A stretch of 64,000 nucleotides of DNA from Mobula hypostoma. Taxonomy: Eukaryota. Shown piece by piece: positions 14,209 to 28,554 of the stretch. Location: NCBI RefSeq assembly GCF_963921235.1, contig NC_086107.1, positions 102,426,001 through 102,490,000 on the forward strand. Direction: 5' to 3'. The notes under the pieces are model-generated. The model searched no databases, was not told the origin of the DNA, and saw only the letters and a program-made list of their open reading frames with translations. Position numbers and translations under genes: made by a program. The first letter of the stretch is position 1. Each line of letters opens with the position of its first letter.

Positions 14209-14796
14209 TTTTTTAAAAATACTTTGTTTTCAAAATTTTCAAAAAAAAGCAATGAGGTCAACAAAAACATACTAGCTCAGACATGTATAAAAAAGAAATA
14301 AGCAAAAAGACATAACATTAGAAGGATGCCTGTTGTACAAAGTGCTCAAAAATACTAAACATTAAATCTCAAATGAGGGCCGTGAGAAATCAGCTGGGAT
14401 GAAATTGCTCATCCGCCCCCGGCCTCGTCCAGGTTGGCAAGAAATGGATCCCAGATAGTCGAAAATTTTTAATTGAATTGGTTCTCAAGAACCTAAGTTT
14501 CTCCATCTGTATGACTGAGGTCATATCAGCCATCCATCTCCGAAAGGAAGGGGGAGAAGGTGATTTCCATTCCCACGCGATAAGTCTTTTGGCAACAATC
14601 ATCCCCAGCATCAGAGACTGTGGTATGGCTGCAGGGAAACAAATAGTAGATTGCGAGCAGCCAAATATAGCGAGACCAGCTTCCAAGGGGAAGGATCTTT
14701 TATAGGCCTTTGAGTGCCAGTCAAATATTTTGGACCAAAATCCAGTCAGTGATGGGCAAAACCAAAACGTGTGTGACAACGTGGCTTCCGTCCCTT
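14209..14796 (-). mobile_element. 5'-truncated L1-clade LINE
   Basis: 14-bp TSD GTTTAGGTGGGATT (14195-14208, 14797-14810) and an A-tail on minus. Encodes SHTFWFCPSLTGFWSKIF...AKRLIAWEWKSPSPPS (fish-type L1 ORF2 C-terminus). Confidence 0.88.
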
Positions 14797-14841
14797 GTTT
14801 AGGTGGGATTAATTTGAGATACAGAATCCAGTGCCGTCCTA

Positions 14842-14985
<144 letters not shown>

Positions 14986-15344
14986 CTAAACAGAAAACAT
15001 CAGATATTGCATCAGTGTCCATCTCTACCCTTGTGAGATTTCCCCTCTTAAAATTGCCACTTCAATATTATGGATTGAAGTATTTCTTTAGTTGATCAGA
15101 TAAAAGAAGTAGAGTGAAATGTGCGCTGAATTACCGCAGGTGCTACATTCAGATATGCCTGCCCCTAGGTGTGTCTTCATACTCAATGACAAGGTTGACA
15201 CTTCAATAAAATGCATAGAATACATAACTGCACCAAATTAGTACTAAAAATAAACTCAAAATCCATTCAGTGGTTAACTAGACACAAACAATGGTCAGAT
15301 AATCGAAACAAAAGGATGCTACTTACTTCTGCTCCACACTTCAG

Positions 15345-17245
15345 TAATGAGTACTAAATTGGACAGGGCAAATTACAAGGATATTAGGCAGGTATTAGGG
15401 AGAGTTATTAGGAACAGTTATTTTTGGCGTCTACACCTGACCTGTGGACGTGTTTAGAGACTATACAGAGTGCAGGATAGATATGCTCCAGTTAGAAGGA
15501 CAAGGATGGCAAGATAAGGGAACCTTGGATGTCAAGAGAGATGGTGATTTTAGTCAAGAAGGAAAAGGAAGCACATGTAAGCTTTAGAATGGAACTTTGA
15601 ATAGAATGGAACTTTGTCATTGCTCAAGGCAGAAGATTGTGGTGCTACTCCAGAAATCTACTCTTGTATTTAGGAAGCTATGATTAAGCGGAGCTCTTCA
15701 GGATTATAAAGAAGCAGAAAAGAACTCATGAAAGGAATTAAGAGGGCCAGAAGGCGTCACTACAGTAGGATTATCTGTATATAAACATCAAGACCAAGAG
15801 GATAACTAGGGGGCGGGTAAGACCACTTAAAGATAAAGAAGGGATGTGCTTGGAGGCATAGGATGAGAGCAAGTTCCTAAATGAGTACTTTACATCAATA
15901 TTTACCAAGGAGAAGGATAAGGAACATACAGAAATCAGTGTGGAGCCTGCTAATTTGCTAAGACATTTCAAGTTAAAAGAGGCAATGTGGACTGTCTCAA
16001 AGAATATTGAAGTGGCTAAGTCCAGAAGGCCTAATGGAATATACCCCAGGTTATTGAGAGGCAAGAGATGAGACTACTGGGATCTTGGACAATACCTATG
16101 TGTTCTCCAGCCACAGGCAAGGTCCCAGAGGATTGGTAAATAGCTAATGTTGTTCACTTATTCAGAAGGGAAACGGGGATAATCGTGGAACCCATAGATT
16201 TGATGAGTTTTATGTCAGAGGTAGGGAAGTTACTGGAGAAAGTTTTAGGGATAGAATTTATAAGTAATTGAAAAATCATGGCCTAACTAGGACAGTCAGC
16301 ATGACTCTGTACAGGGCCAGACGTGTATTACTAGCTGGATTGAGATTTTGAGGAGGTGACGAAGGTGATGGATGAGGGTAGAGGTGTGGATGTTGTCTAC
16401 ATGGATTTTGCTAAGGCATGAGAGGCTCATCCAGAAGATTAATGTATATGGAATGCGCAGCGAATTGATAATTTGGATTCAGAATTAGCTTGCCCATAAA
16501 AGAGGGCAGCTGTTGATAGAGGACTTTTACTGGCCGGAGGTCGTGACTAGCGGTGTTCCAAAGAGTAAATGACTTGGATGAGAACGGAGATGGGTGAGTT
16601 TACATGCAATACGTAGATTGGTAGTGTTGTGGACAGTGTAGAAGACTGGCATAGCGGAAGATATATATAGATCAATGGCCGATAAGGGCAGATGTAGTTT
16701 AATCTGTCCAAGTGCGAAATGTTGCACCTTGGGATATCAAGTGTAAAAAGACAGTAAAATGTTAACGGCATGACCCTCAACAGCAGGGGGATCTTGGGGC
16801 TCAGGTTGATAGCTCCCTAAAAGTGGCTGCACGGGTTGATGGGGTAGTAAAGAGGACATACAGCATGCTTCCCTTTACTAGTCGAGGAATTGAGGTCAAG
16901 AGTCTGTAAGTTATAAAACTCTAGTTAAGCCACTTCTGGAATATTACGTTCAGCTCTGGTCTCTCCATTTTAGGAAGGATGTTAAGGCTTGGGTGAGGGT
17001 GCAGAAGAGGATGCAGCTCGGAGTGGAGAGTGCCTGGAATGCACTACCTAGATAGGGGTCAGGGCATTCAAGAGGCTCTTAGGTAGGCACATGAATGTGT
17101 AGGAGATGAAAGGATGTGGACATTGTGTCACCATAAGGGTTTACTTTAGTTGAGCATTTGATCACCAATTTAATTAGTTTGGCACAACGCTGTCAGCTGA
17201 AGGGCCTGTTCCTCTGCTGTACTGGTTTACATTCTATGTTCTAAT
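15345..17245 (+). mobile_element. Degenerate CR1 ORF2; other CR1 remnants at ~20500-21900, 25210-25580, 29800-30875, 31580-32060, 37455-37840 and 43570-44100
   Basis: Decayed RT motifs (GTGGATGTTGTCTACATGGATTTTGCTAAGGC = VDVVYMDFAKA) and a CR1-type tail (TTCTATGTTCTA). Confidence 0.8.
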
Positions 17246-19454
17246 TGTTCACACTCCTTTAATTGCTGATCCACTAACATATACTGTAGTTTAATAATAT
17301 TCTGAATTTTATCACTACTTCCTTGTATGTTTATTACCTTCCAAGGCTTTGAGTCATCTTCAAACATGAAGTTAGGTCCTCATTACCCAGTGCATCAATA
17401 ATGGCTATGAACCAATACCAGCCTCTGCAGTAAAGCATTTTAAAAGGCCAGTCAGATCTCCAGATATGGTCTAATCAATCGAGCATTTCCATCATTTCTC
17501 ACTCCTCCCACTCTGAGCAAGGACAGGATTCCTCACCAGCCTCCAAATCATTCTCTATAAATTACTCCACTCTCACAGTGCAGCCACCAGCCGACATTTT
17601 TCTCCAGCCATTCCAGCATTCTGAAGAGACAATTCCACCCCCACAACACCCTGATTCACTCTTCCATCTCCATCAAGTGCTACTCCCTTGTTCCTACACT
17701 GCACCTGCCCTGTCACTCAAGAGACCCAGATACTCCTTCCAATTGCAGCAGCAATCAACTTGAACAATATGCACCTCAGCCCTCGCAATGTCGCCCCACT
17801 GGAGGAAACAAGCACAGGGAGGTCCAGGTCACTCCAGAACAAGAGCAACCATGTCAACTTCTGACTAAGTGCATTAACAGTCCACAGGATTCAATTTCAA
17901 GAAACCAACATCTCCATTTGTATTGGGACAAGGTAATCAACCTGCAACATAAACTCAGTTTTTATCCCTCAATGGAGACTGCCCAGCCTGCTGTACATTT
18001 CCAGTGTGCTCTTTTACTTCCATTTTCCACGAACTGTACCATTTTGTGTCTCCCAGTTCCTGCAGTGTGAATTTTCCTTTTTTTTAAAAAAAATCCTTCT
18101 CACCTGTCCTAATTCATCTTCATTGACTGGCATCTCCTCCAGACAGATCAGTTTCAATTAACAAGCTTCATCCTCTCTCAGCCAGCACTAGCAAGTCTGC
18201 AATTCAATCCCGCTTACTCTCCACTTTATCACAGTCTCTTTGTAGTTTCTGCCCCTCCCATTCTATGCAACTTAAAACATTCAATTTATAAAGGTCATTG
18301 AACTGAAATGTTAATTCTATTTCTGACACCACAGATGCTGGAAAGAACAGATGGCATATAGACATACAGCAGGGTAACAGGCTTTTTGGCCAACAATAAT
18401 CAATTTTGCTCACGTTCTCTTCAACTGGAAAATTCTACCACTCGCCTACACACTAGGGACAATTTACAGTGGCCATTTAATCTACCAACCTGCACATCTT
18501 TGGTTTGTGGGAGGAAACTGGATTGTCCTGAGGAAACCCATGTGGTCACTGGGAGAGTGTGACGAAAAGAAACCACGCAGTCTAGAAGCTAGTCAGAAGG
18601 GGCATCCCACAACCATCAATACTGGGAATACTGCTGATCACCACATTTATTCAATTCGGGTATAAACGGTGCTACTAACGGACAATAAATTCAAGACAGT
18701 CCCCAATAAGCCACAGGAATTAGGATTTAGTTGAACTATTAAATATGTTTCAAAACAAAAACCAAATCAAACCACTGAGATGCATCACAGGGAGGGCACA
18801 AGAGGAGGGAAAAGAAAACTGAAGGTGAAAATTAACAGACTACAGATACTGGAAATGTAAAATAAGAAAAATAGTGGAAAAGCTCTGAAGCAGAGGCACA
18901 TCAGAGTTTCAGCTCTGATGGAGGGTCCTCAACCTGAAACGTTAACTCGGTTTCTCTTCCCACAGATGTATCTCAGCACTTCCTTTTTATTTTAGATAGT
19001 GATTTTAGAGAACATTAGATGAAACTACAGAAGCCTTGTAAAGAACAATCACCAGTATGGTGTTGTACAAACTAACCACTCTGCTCTCAAATTGATTTAT
19101 GGCACCAACTAGTAAGTAGTCCATCATCAGCAATATTTTCAAGTACCTGGGTTGTTATCCTGAGGAGGAAAAGATATCCCTTCTGATGACTATTCTGAAC
19201 CTAATAATTTTACTTAATGAACGCTCTATATGTAGTATCAGTCAAGACTGTGGTCTCTCTCGCCTTCTCAGCCTTGGACAGGCCAACAGGCTGCATAGTT
19301 GAAGATGTGGCCCTGTGTCTTGTACAATTCACCACTGAATCAATTGATCCACTGGCTTAACCAGTGGCATTGTTAAGAGGTTCTGGGTTTAAATCCAGCC
19401 CTTTCCAGCATTTGGGCATATAATTAAACTGACATTTTAGAGTGGTACACAAGT

Positions 19455-19836
19455 AGGGTGGCAGGGTGGAGATGCGTCTCTACCAAAGGAGGTGTAATGC
19501 ACCCAGCAGGTCACCCTTGTGCAAGGTGTAGCACCTGCTTAGTTCACCCCCCCCCACCCCTCCCAACGATCAGGGTCACGTGAAACCATGGGAGCAGGTG
19601 GTGGATGGTCGTATGAGCAGCTGGTGCATAATCACAAGTCCTGGTAGGTGACCACTGATGCCAGGCAAACCATCTCTGAAGAGTACTGACAATGGCTGGG
19701 GTCACCTGTCTTGTAAAGACACCGCCCAGAAGGCGACAATGGCAAACCACTTCTATAGAAAAATTTGTCAAGAACAATCATGGTCATGGAAAGACCGTGA
19801 TCGCACACGGCATATAGATACGGCACATAATGAACT
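19455..19836 (+). mobile_element. Second RTE-type non-autonomous element; partial inverted copy at ~7015-7156
   Basis: Shared GAAGGC(GAC)AATGGCAAACCACTTCT..AGAAAAATTG.CAAGAACAATCATGGTCATGGAAAGACC. Confidence 0.7.
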
Positions 19837-20320
19837 AATGTAAGGTGTTGTGCATTAGGGAGTCAGATCAGAGGGCCAACTAGAGCTTCCCTAAAGAACT
19901 GACGGCATTCAGGTTTACTTTCTTCCCTTAGACCAACATCACCAAACAATTAATAAAAAGCTCAAAAAGCACAAAAATGCTAGAGGAACTCAGCAGGCCA
20001 GGCAGCATCCATGGAAAAAGAGTACACTCGACATTTCAGGCCGAGACCCTTCAGCAGAATGGAGAGGAGAAAAAAATATATTTCCAGCATCCACGAGGAA
20101 TTCTGCAGATGCCGGAAATTCAAGCAACACACATCAAAGTTGCTTGATCAGAGGGATACCTCGACTGTACCTCTTCCTAGAGATGCTGCCTGGCCTGCTG
20201 CGTTCACCAGCAACTTTGACGTGCGTTGCTTGGATTTCCAGCATCTGCAGATTTTCTCTTGCTTGTTAATAACAATGTCAATCACTTTTATTTTACCCTT
20301 TGCCTTTTACCTGTTTGAGA

Positions 20321-20480
20321 GAATTAGATATGGCCCTTGTGGCTAGGGGGATCAGAGGGTATGGAGGGAAGGCTGGTGCAGGGTTCTGAGTTGGATGATC
20401 AGCCATAATCATAATAAATGGCGGTGCAGGCTCGAAGGGCCGAATGGCCTACTCCTGCACCTATTTTCTATGTTTTCTAT
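20321..20480 (+). mobile_element. 3' end of the same young CR1 family, opposite orientation
   Basis: About 7 differences in 150 nt versus the reverse complement of 13351-13500 (hand count). Confidence 0.9.
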
Positions 20481-20941
20481 CTGTGATTAAACTGGCTACT
20501 GGGGTCGCCCACATAACATTGGTCCTGCTGAGAATCACAGAATCTTACAGCTCATAACTCTGCGGCTGATTTTGAAATTATTGTCCCAGCTGGTACCCCA
20601 TGCGAGGGTTGATCACAAGTCCAATTGCCTCAAAGGCTCCCTTGGCACCTTCTGTTCCATATTCCAACATTTGGTCCATCGCCTTCAATGCCTCAGGGAT
20701 TCAAGTGTTTGTCCAGATACTTAAATGTTTTGAGAGCCTCCATCTTCAGCACCCCCTCAGATCCCTTCTAAACATCTTGCCCCTTCTCTTATAGTTAAGG
20801 CCTCCAGATAAGCATCTCTGCTACACAGAAACATTTCTTACTATTTATACCAAGCTCCTTAAATTTTTTTCAAACCTCAAATCAGACCCTCCGCTCAGCC
20901 ACCTGAGTGGCAGCAGTATAGTGCAATACTTATAATTATTT

Positions 20942-21010
20942 CAGTATTGTGCAAAAGTCTTAGGCTCCCTAACTATATATACACATGCCTAAGATTTCTG
21001 CACAGTACTG
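20942..21010. mobile_element. 69-bp Tc1 MITE sharing TIRs with the element at 61670-63255
   Basis: CAGTATTGTGCAAAAGTCTTAGG...CCTAAGATTTCTGCACAGTACTG followed by TA. Confidence 0.85.
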
Positions 21011-22282
21011 TATATTCCATCTGCCATTGCTCTGCCCATCTTACCAAATGATCAATATCATCCTAAGTCCAAATACTACCTGCTTTGCTACAAACTCCAC
21101 CACTAATTTACTTGTGATCTACATAAATACAATTATACCTCTGATACTCATATCCATATCAGTTGTACAACTAGTGGCAGGCTTCCAACTGCAAAAACAA
21201 CCTTCCACCATCATTCCTAGCTTCTATTTCCAAGCCAATTTTGAATCCAACTTGCCAATGCCTCAGTCTAACTTTTGGATGTGGGATCCTGTCAAAGGTC
21301 TTACTGAATTCTATATAGACAGCATCAACCACACTGCCCTCATTGATACACTGTGTTACTTCTTACAAAACAAAAATCAAATTGATCAGAGGGGCATACC
21401 CACTAATAAGGCCGTGTTGACTATCCTTGATTAATCTCTGCCTCCCCAAGTACAAATTAATTTTTATTTTATTGAGATACAGCACAGAATAGGCCCTTCG
21501 AGCCACACGGCCCAGTAAACCCCCCAATTTAATCCTAGCCTAATCAAGGGACAATTTACAATGACCAATTAACCTACCAACCAGCACATCTTTGGACTGT
21601 GGGAGGAAACCCACATGGTCATGGGGAGAACGTACAAACTCCAATTCCATCCTACAGAATCTTCTAATAACTTCCTATTATTAATATTAGAGTCACTATC
21701 CTAACTTATCCTAATGAACTTCTTGAGTAAAGGAACCATATTTTGCTGTCCTCCTCTCATCTGATACCTCACCTGTAGCCAATAAAGATACAAAAATCTC
21801 CATCACATCCCAACATTCTTCTCCCTTGTCTCTCAAAGCAGCCTAGAATACATCTCATCAACTACATGGGGAGGCTTTTGCTCTTCATTCACTGCTTCTT
21901 TCTTTGTGTCCCCGCTGGAGGTATATTCATGCTTATATTCATTAGATATCCAAACCTGTTCATCTGCAGTCCCTCGAGGAAATGTAGGATTGGTTCCACC
22001 TGTGTTGCCTTATGTTATCGCTTGCAAGATCTCCTCTTCGAACTTCCTAAGCCCTCAAGGTAGCAGCAAGAATTTTAATGGTCTCAGTTAATCTGTGACT
22101 CCCAGAAAAGATCAAGTGTCTTCCAAACTGGTGGAGAAGGAAACTGTGAATTCTTTCCACCATGGAATATCATTTCAAAAGCAGTATGAACTCAGGTCCA
22201 GGAGCCCAACAGACACTAATATATTGGTTATGAATACTGAAGAGGAATTTAAGGATGGACTGGGGAGATAGAGAAGGCTTCA

Positions 22283-22564
<282 letters not shown>

Positions 22565-23044
22565 TCATCTGACGAAAAGCCCAGGATCTAAAACTCCATT
22601 TCACTTCCTACAGATACTGCCTGACCTGTTGAATGTTTCTGGCATTTTCTCTTTTTAAATTTAATTGTTGCCAGTCCTAATCAGATTCAAGTCCTAACTG
22701 ATTGCTGCAACGGTGAGATACTGGTCATTCTCTATTGTCTTGACATGTCAACAACAGCCCTGTTGCAACGTGACAACCCACCACAGCCTGTTGGTGGTGT
22801 TCTCCCACAGTCCAAAGACATACCAGTTAGTAGACTAATTGATCATTGTAAATTATCCTAGTCCAAGATTAAATGGGTGATTGCTGGGTGGCCTATTCTG
22901 CTCTGTATCTTGATAAACAAACAAACTACAGATGTGTTCTTTCAGAGACCACATGGTTCCTGGGTGTTGAGTAACTAATTCAGCAGGAGATCCTGGAGCA
23001 GGTTCTTCCACTCTCTCACCCTAGGTTGATTTCCAGTAAATTGG

Positions 23045-23685
23045 GGTGCGCTCGATCGCAGCGGCCTCTTTCGGTCCAAGAATTAGTGCAAATGTGTTTC
23101 TTAAATGTTTTTCTTGGATCGCAAGACCCCAGTGGACATTGGTAATACAAAATACTGCAAGTCTAGTTCGTTGGTTCATTGACGAGACCAATGGCACGGA
23201 AGCTGTGTGGTATCAGTTGTTGCGCAGGCCAGGCTCTCATGTTGCAGTGTTGCCTGTTACAGCCACCCAGGAGAGGAGGGGCTGGAAACTGTGTGGGAGA
23301 GAACAGAGGTGTGGTGGGAGTGCTGACCCCTGCAGGCCATCTCTCCTGTCAGTACTACTCTCCAGTGTTCACTCACTGGAAGTCGAGCTGGATTGCTTTC
23401 ATCTGCGGCTGACACAGCACGAGATGAGGAACTGTTACATGCTCATTCTTGCGGAAACGTGGCTCCAGGACAATATCCCATGCACCATCGATCTTCAGGC
23501 TATGACAGCCAAGAACTTGTGCTAATACTGTGTCATAAAATAATATGACTTTACTGTATGTGCTATCAGAACTATATGTACCATGTAGCATGTATGCACT
23601 GCGTTTTGCAGCTGGGCCCCAGAGAAATGTTTCGTTTAGCTGTATACATGTGTGTGGTTAATTGACAATTAAACTTGAACTTGAT
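23045..23685 (+). mobile_element. Internally deleted Rex1-type element (endonuclease N-terminus joined to the 3' tail)
   Basis: SVLLSSVHSLEVELD...EMRNCYMLILAETWLQDNIP, then the tail ATTAAACTTGAACTTGA. Confidence 0.65.
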
Positions 23686-24602
23686 AAAGGGAGGAGTCAG
23701 GTCTCTCTAATTATTTAGCAAATCCATGAAAATCATTAACTCAATTCCCATTTTCTCATTGTAACCTGGTGCAAGCTAGCTAATGGAGAAATTAGAACAG
23801 GCCATAGCGCACCAAGGAAAAGAAATCACATTCATTTTTTCCCACTCTAAACTGACGGTGAAATGTGGAAAACCGTGATTCTCTCCATGAGTAAACTACC
23901 TCCCGATGCTGTCAGTACCTGACAAATGGGCACTCATTTAATTAAGTTTACTTACTCACTATGACACTGGAAGCTATTAAGCCCACGAGGTTCCCACCGA
24001 CCCCGAACGCAACAATCCCATCAGCCCAATCCCCCTCTCCTTGTGGTCCTGCAATTTATTCTCTCAGATTGACTTTGATTCTTTTTGTCAGTCCTCCAGG
24101 TTTGGGGGTTCAGCTCAGGGCTAACAATCCTGACCGGCAGACAAAATGGTTATGGAGACAGCAATGTATAGTCTTTCTACATCTGAGTACGACAGTATTC
24201 CTGAGTCTCCACCCAGGATTTGCGTGACTGACGGTGGTGAAAACCGAGCTACTGGAACGATGAAGGAAGGCCTGAACACCACCAGAGATAGAGGACCTTC
24301 ATTGCTGCCCTAAATGCCAGAGGTGTAACGGGCAGCAGAGTAGAGATTCTTTTTGCCACCTACCCATGTAGGAGTCATTTACAGAAGCCATTTAACCCAC
24401 AGCACATCTTTGGGACACGATCGCAGGTAGGGTGTGCAAACTCCATACACCAGAGGTCAGGATCAAATTCAAGAGTCCTGGATTTTGTGAGGCAGCTGTT
24501 TAATCTGCTACACTACTGTTCCCTCCTTCAAAATTTTTTTTCAGCAATTTAACTGTAGGCCCAGTCGGGGCCAGCCAATCTGCATCGAGACACAAATCTT
24601 AC

Positions 24603-24726
24603 CAGAGCTGCCACTCTGAGAGCTGTTTGCTGCTGGACCAGCAGAATGACGTTGCAGAAAGGCCCCCAGTTTTGCTGCCCAGGAAGCTTTGTTCAACACC
24701 TTTGCCTTCTTCGTTGGTGGCTTTCC
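24603..24726 (-). CDS. L3MBTL2: L3MBTL2 exon (124 nt)
   Basis: ttgcag|GGAAAG...CTCTG|gtaaga. Encodes GKPPTKKAKVLNKASWAAKLGAFLQRHSAGPAANSSQSGSS. KASWAAKLGAFL matches L3MBTL2 (KAAWSAKIGAFL), not MBTD1. Confidence 0.97.
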
Positions 24727-25952
24727 CTGCAAGGCAACAAGCAAAGAATTGTTACATTAACAGAGATTGATATAAGCATCAGCAAGTCAGGAGAGAGGCA
24801 GGGTTAATGTTAGTGAGGGTGAAACAGTGGCATAACTGTCTCACAGTGCCGGAGACCTGGGTTCAGTAGTGATCTCCAGCTCTGCCTGTGTAGAATCCGC
24901 ATGTTCTCTGTGACCATTTGGGTTTCCCTGGGTGCTCAGGGCAAGTGGGTTGGCAAGTTAATTGGCCACTGAAAATTACACCAAAGCTGAGCAATAAAAT
25001 CTGGAGGAAAATGGCAGAAAGGACAAAATGGAATTAATGTAGTTGAGATTGAATGGATGGCGGATAGTTGGTGCAGATCTGATGTGTTAATGGGCCCTAT
25101 TTCTACGCTCTATCTCTCTTTGACTCTACATTGCATCACTACTGGGATGGTCATTGAACTGCATTAATTCTATACAATCTCACCTGCTGTCCAGTCACAG
25201 TGACACTAAAAAAAAGTACAGCACAAAAACAGGCCCTTGGCCCCATCTAGTCCATGCCAACCTATTTAAACTGCCTACTGCTATCAATCTGCACTGGGAT
25301 CATAGCCCTCCATAACCCTATCATCCATGTACCTGTACAAACTTTGCTTAAATATTGAAATCGAGCTCACATGTACCACTTGTGCTGGCAGCTCATTCCA
25401 CTCTCTCACAAACCTCTGAGTAAAGACATTTCCCCTCATGTCCCACTTAAACTTTTCACCTTTCACCCTTAACCCATGACCTCTGGTTGTAGTGCCACCC
25501 AACAACAGTGGAAAAAGCCTGTATTTACTCTATCTATACCTCTCATAATTCTCAATCTTCTACGTTCCAAGGATTAAAGTCCTATTCCCAAACTTTTAAC
25601 TTCATTTTCAACTGCAAACATGGAAAACTTCACATGGAATTCTTAATAAGCAATATAGCACCCAGATATTACCCATACTGGAATTTTCCTGATTTATTTG
25701 AGAAGTACACAACCATCCAGTCTTCTACAATAGCAAATAGATGCAACACCCAACCATTCCACCACAACAGTTAAACTGGGGCAGAGACCATTCTGGAACA
25801 CAAACGAGAATGTCTTCTGGTCCCCTAGTCTTTGCTCCAATGTTCTCAGCCATTATTGTTTCTAACATATTTCCTAATGGCATTGGACAAGGACAATTTG
25901 GTTCATGGTGCAATTCCACCACTCCCATTATCCTACTGATTTCCCTGTAAAC

Positions 25953-26003
25953 CAGGGGATCCCAAGCTTTTTTATGTCAGGGACCCCAGGTTGGGAACCC
26001 CTG
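25953..26003. mobile_element. 51-bp hAT MITE
   Basis: CAGGGGATCCCAA...GGTTGGGAACCCCTG. The 8-bp TSD is CTGTAAAC/CGGTAAAC (7/8 match). Confidence 0.8.
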
Positions 26004-27558
26004 CGGTAAACCATTCTTTCTCATAATAGCAGCAGCTCCATTCTAAACCCACACACTAGGAGCAGTTAACAGCAGTCAATTAACCTGCCTTAGGGAACAT
26101 GCCACGTTCCTTGGGGAAGCAGGAGGAAACTTCAACACCCAGAGGACATGCAGGCAGTCACAGGGAGAACATGCAAACTCCAAACAGAGAGCGCCCAAGG
26201 TCAGGCTGCAATCTGTTGCATCACTGTGCTGCTCACTCTCTTCCTTGAAATCACCTGCATTTAAGCAATTTGGCTAAAAGTCAACTTTTGTGATGGTTTG
26301 AAAGTCAAAAGGAGGCGGAGGTGGACCTCCACTTTGACTGAAAATGACAGCACGCACATTTTCCTTGGATTCTGCACCTACATGCTGGGCTCTATCATCA
26401 CTGAAGATTAAAAACATTCATGATGCCTCCCATTCACCCGACACCATCCCCAATTATCTAACCACCATTTATGACCAGAACGGGATAGGACTAGTAATTT
26501 TCTCAATGTGAAGATGGAAGGCATCTCCTCAAGTACTGTGCAGTGGAAACCTAGCAGTACAAGCCTGGGCAGATGCATCTGACGTGGATAGATCGATGTG
26601 AGAAGGATTAGCTTTATTATTTGCCACATGTACATCGAAACAGTGACATGCATTGTTTTACATCGAAGGACCACAGTCTGAGGACTGTACTGGGGGCAGC
26701 ACGCAAGTGTTGTCATGCCTCTGGCACCGACATAGCATGCCCATAACTCACTAACACTAATCGTACATTTAAAAAAAAATTTTTATTGACATATAGCATG
26801 GAGTAGGCACTTCTGGCCCTTCGAGCCATGCCACTCGGCAATACCCCGATTTAATCCTAGCTTAACCACATGACAATTCACAACGACCAATTAGCCTACT
26901 GACCTGAACGTCTTTGGAATGCGGGAGGAAACTGGAGCACCTGGAGGAAACCCACGCGGTCATGGGGAGAATGTACAAACTCCCTGCAATCAAACTCTGA
27001 TCGGTGATCACTAACGCTGTAAAGTGATTGCATTAACCACTATATTACTGTGCCATCCCATGATCTTATAGGATGGTACTTTCAACCTTTAAGACGTTAT
27101 GGTGCAACCAAGCCATAGGTCAGACATCAGTCCCTACTCACTGCACTTTCAATACTCCTGTGTTTCCCACACAACCAGTGCTGGCCCATCAGCTGAGGGT
27201 GGGTAATAGCTGGTAACTTAGGCTTTCTTTCCTGTGTTTGACCAGATGCCAGAGAACTTTGTGAAGCGTAGTATCAATGTTTGAAAAGCTCCCCGAGCCA
27301 CTCCCTCCTGATTTAAATAGTTGGATATATAAAATAGAAACAGGCTCTTCAGTTCACTGTCCACATTTACCATGAAGCACCATATACGTTAATGCCATCC
27401 AACCCCCTTCCAACCCTTCTATCGCACGTCTACACACTAGCAGCAATTTACAGAGCACAAAAAACCTACCAATCCCCACGTAGCTGGGACAAGAAAGGAA
27501 ACCAGAGCACCTGAAAAGTCACAGGGAGAACGTGCAAACTCCACACCATCAGCAATTG

Positions 27559-27862
27559 TTGGCACGTAGCCAAGTGGTTAAGGCGTTCGTCTAGTGATTT
27601 GAAGGTCGCTAGTTCGAGCCTAGGCTGAGGCAGCGTGTGTGTCCTTAAGCAAGGCATTTAACCACACATTGCTTTGCGACGACACCGGTGCCAAGCTGTA
27701 TTGGCTCTAGTGCCCTTCCCTTGGACAACATCAGTGGCGGGGAGAGGGGAGACTTGCAGCATGGGCAACTGCTGGTCTTCCATACAACCTTGCCCAGGCC
27801 TGCGCCCTGGAAACCCTCCAAGGCACAAATCCATGGTCTCATGAGACTAACGAATGCCTATA
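27559..27862 (+). mobile_element. tRNA-derived SINE with a CORE-like box; second copy at 32748-33056
   Basis: A box TAGCCAAGTGG, B box AGTTCGAGCC, then TGTGTCCTT(A/G)AGCAAGGCA(T/C)TTAA. The two copies are colinear. Confidence 0.85.
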
Positions 27863-28420
27863 AAGAACACCATAAGACAGTAGCACTTACAACTGCGTCA
27901 CTAACCATCCTGCCAATGGGATTGGATGTTGCTAGGGATGCATTCCATGAATGTGCTGCTTGACTAGTCTGTGGGTCAGGACTCCCAGTTTAAACAAATA
28001 GATGTGATCTTATTGGGCTGACTAGATTGCCATGTTCTTTTTAAAAGGTTTGGAGCAGTGAGGTTAGACCAATACAACCGTGTACTACGGTTTTGTTCTC
28101 AATGCCCTTTACTGGACCCAGAAGGGCTGTTAAGAGTCAAATGTTTTGCTGAGAGTCTGAGTCTAATTTAGGTTAACAAACCAATCACCATTACAGATGG
28201 TCATAGCCAGACTATTAAAATGTACAAATTTTAATTTCTACAGCTGCCTTTTTGGGATTCCACAATGGTGTCAGTTCTGCCATCTGCTCTTGCGTTGGTT
28301 AATTCAGTGAATGCTGCCCTATCGCTACAAACTGATCTAATGCAAACCACAGCAAGCCATGCAGCATGCCCAGTCACAGGGTTTGTATCAGATGACAGGC
28401 CAAATGGAAGGATAACTAAC

Positions 28421-28554
28421 CTGTAACCGGGCCAGGATGCTGGCTTTCTTCGAGTTGGAAGAGTAGCTCCGAGAACAAGAGACACTGCAGAACCTTTTAG
28501 TCTTGGAAAAGAAGTCTTCCCGCTCGCCTTTAATGCCGCACATCTCGCAGGTAG
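28421..28554 (-). CDS. L3MBTL2: L3MBTL2 exon, FCS zinc finger (134 nt)
   Basis: aaag|CTACC...TTACAG|gttagt. Translates (A)TCEMCGIKGEREDFFSKTKRFCSVSCSRSYSSNSKKASILARLQ, near-identical to the L3MBTL2/MBTD1 FCS finger. Confidence 0.97.

Noticed and set aside
27559..27630. tRNA genes (also at 12808, 32748 and 58540)
   Set aside because: A/B boxes run directly into shared SINE bodies, with no convincing cloverleaf or nearby Pol III terminator.
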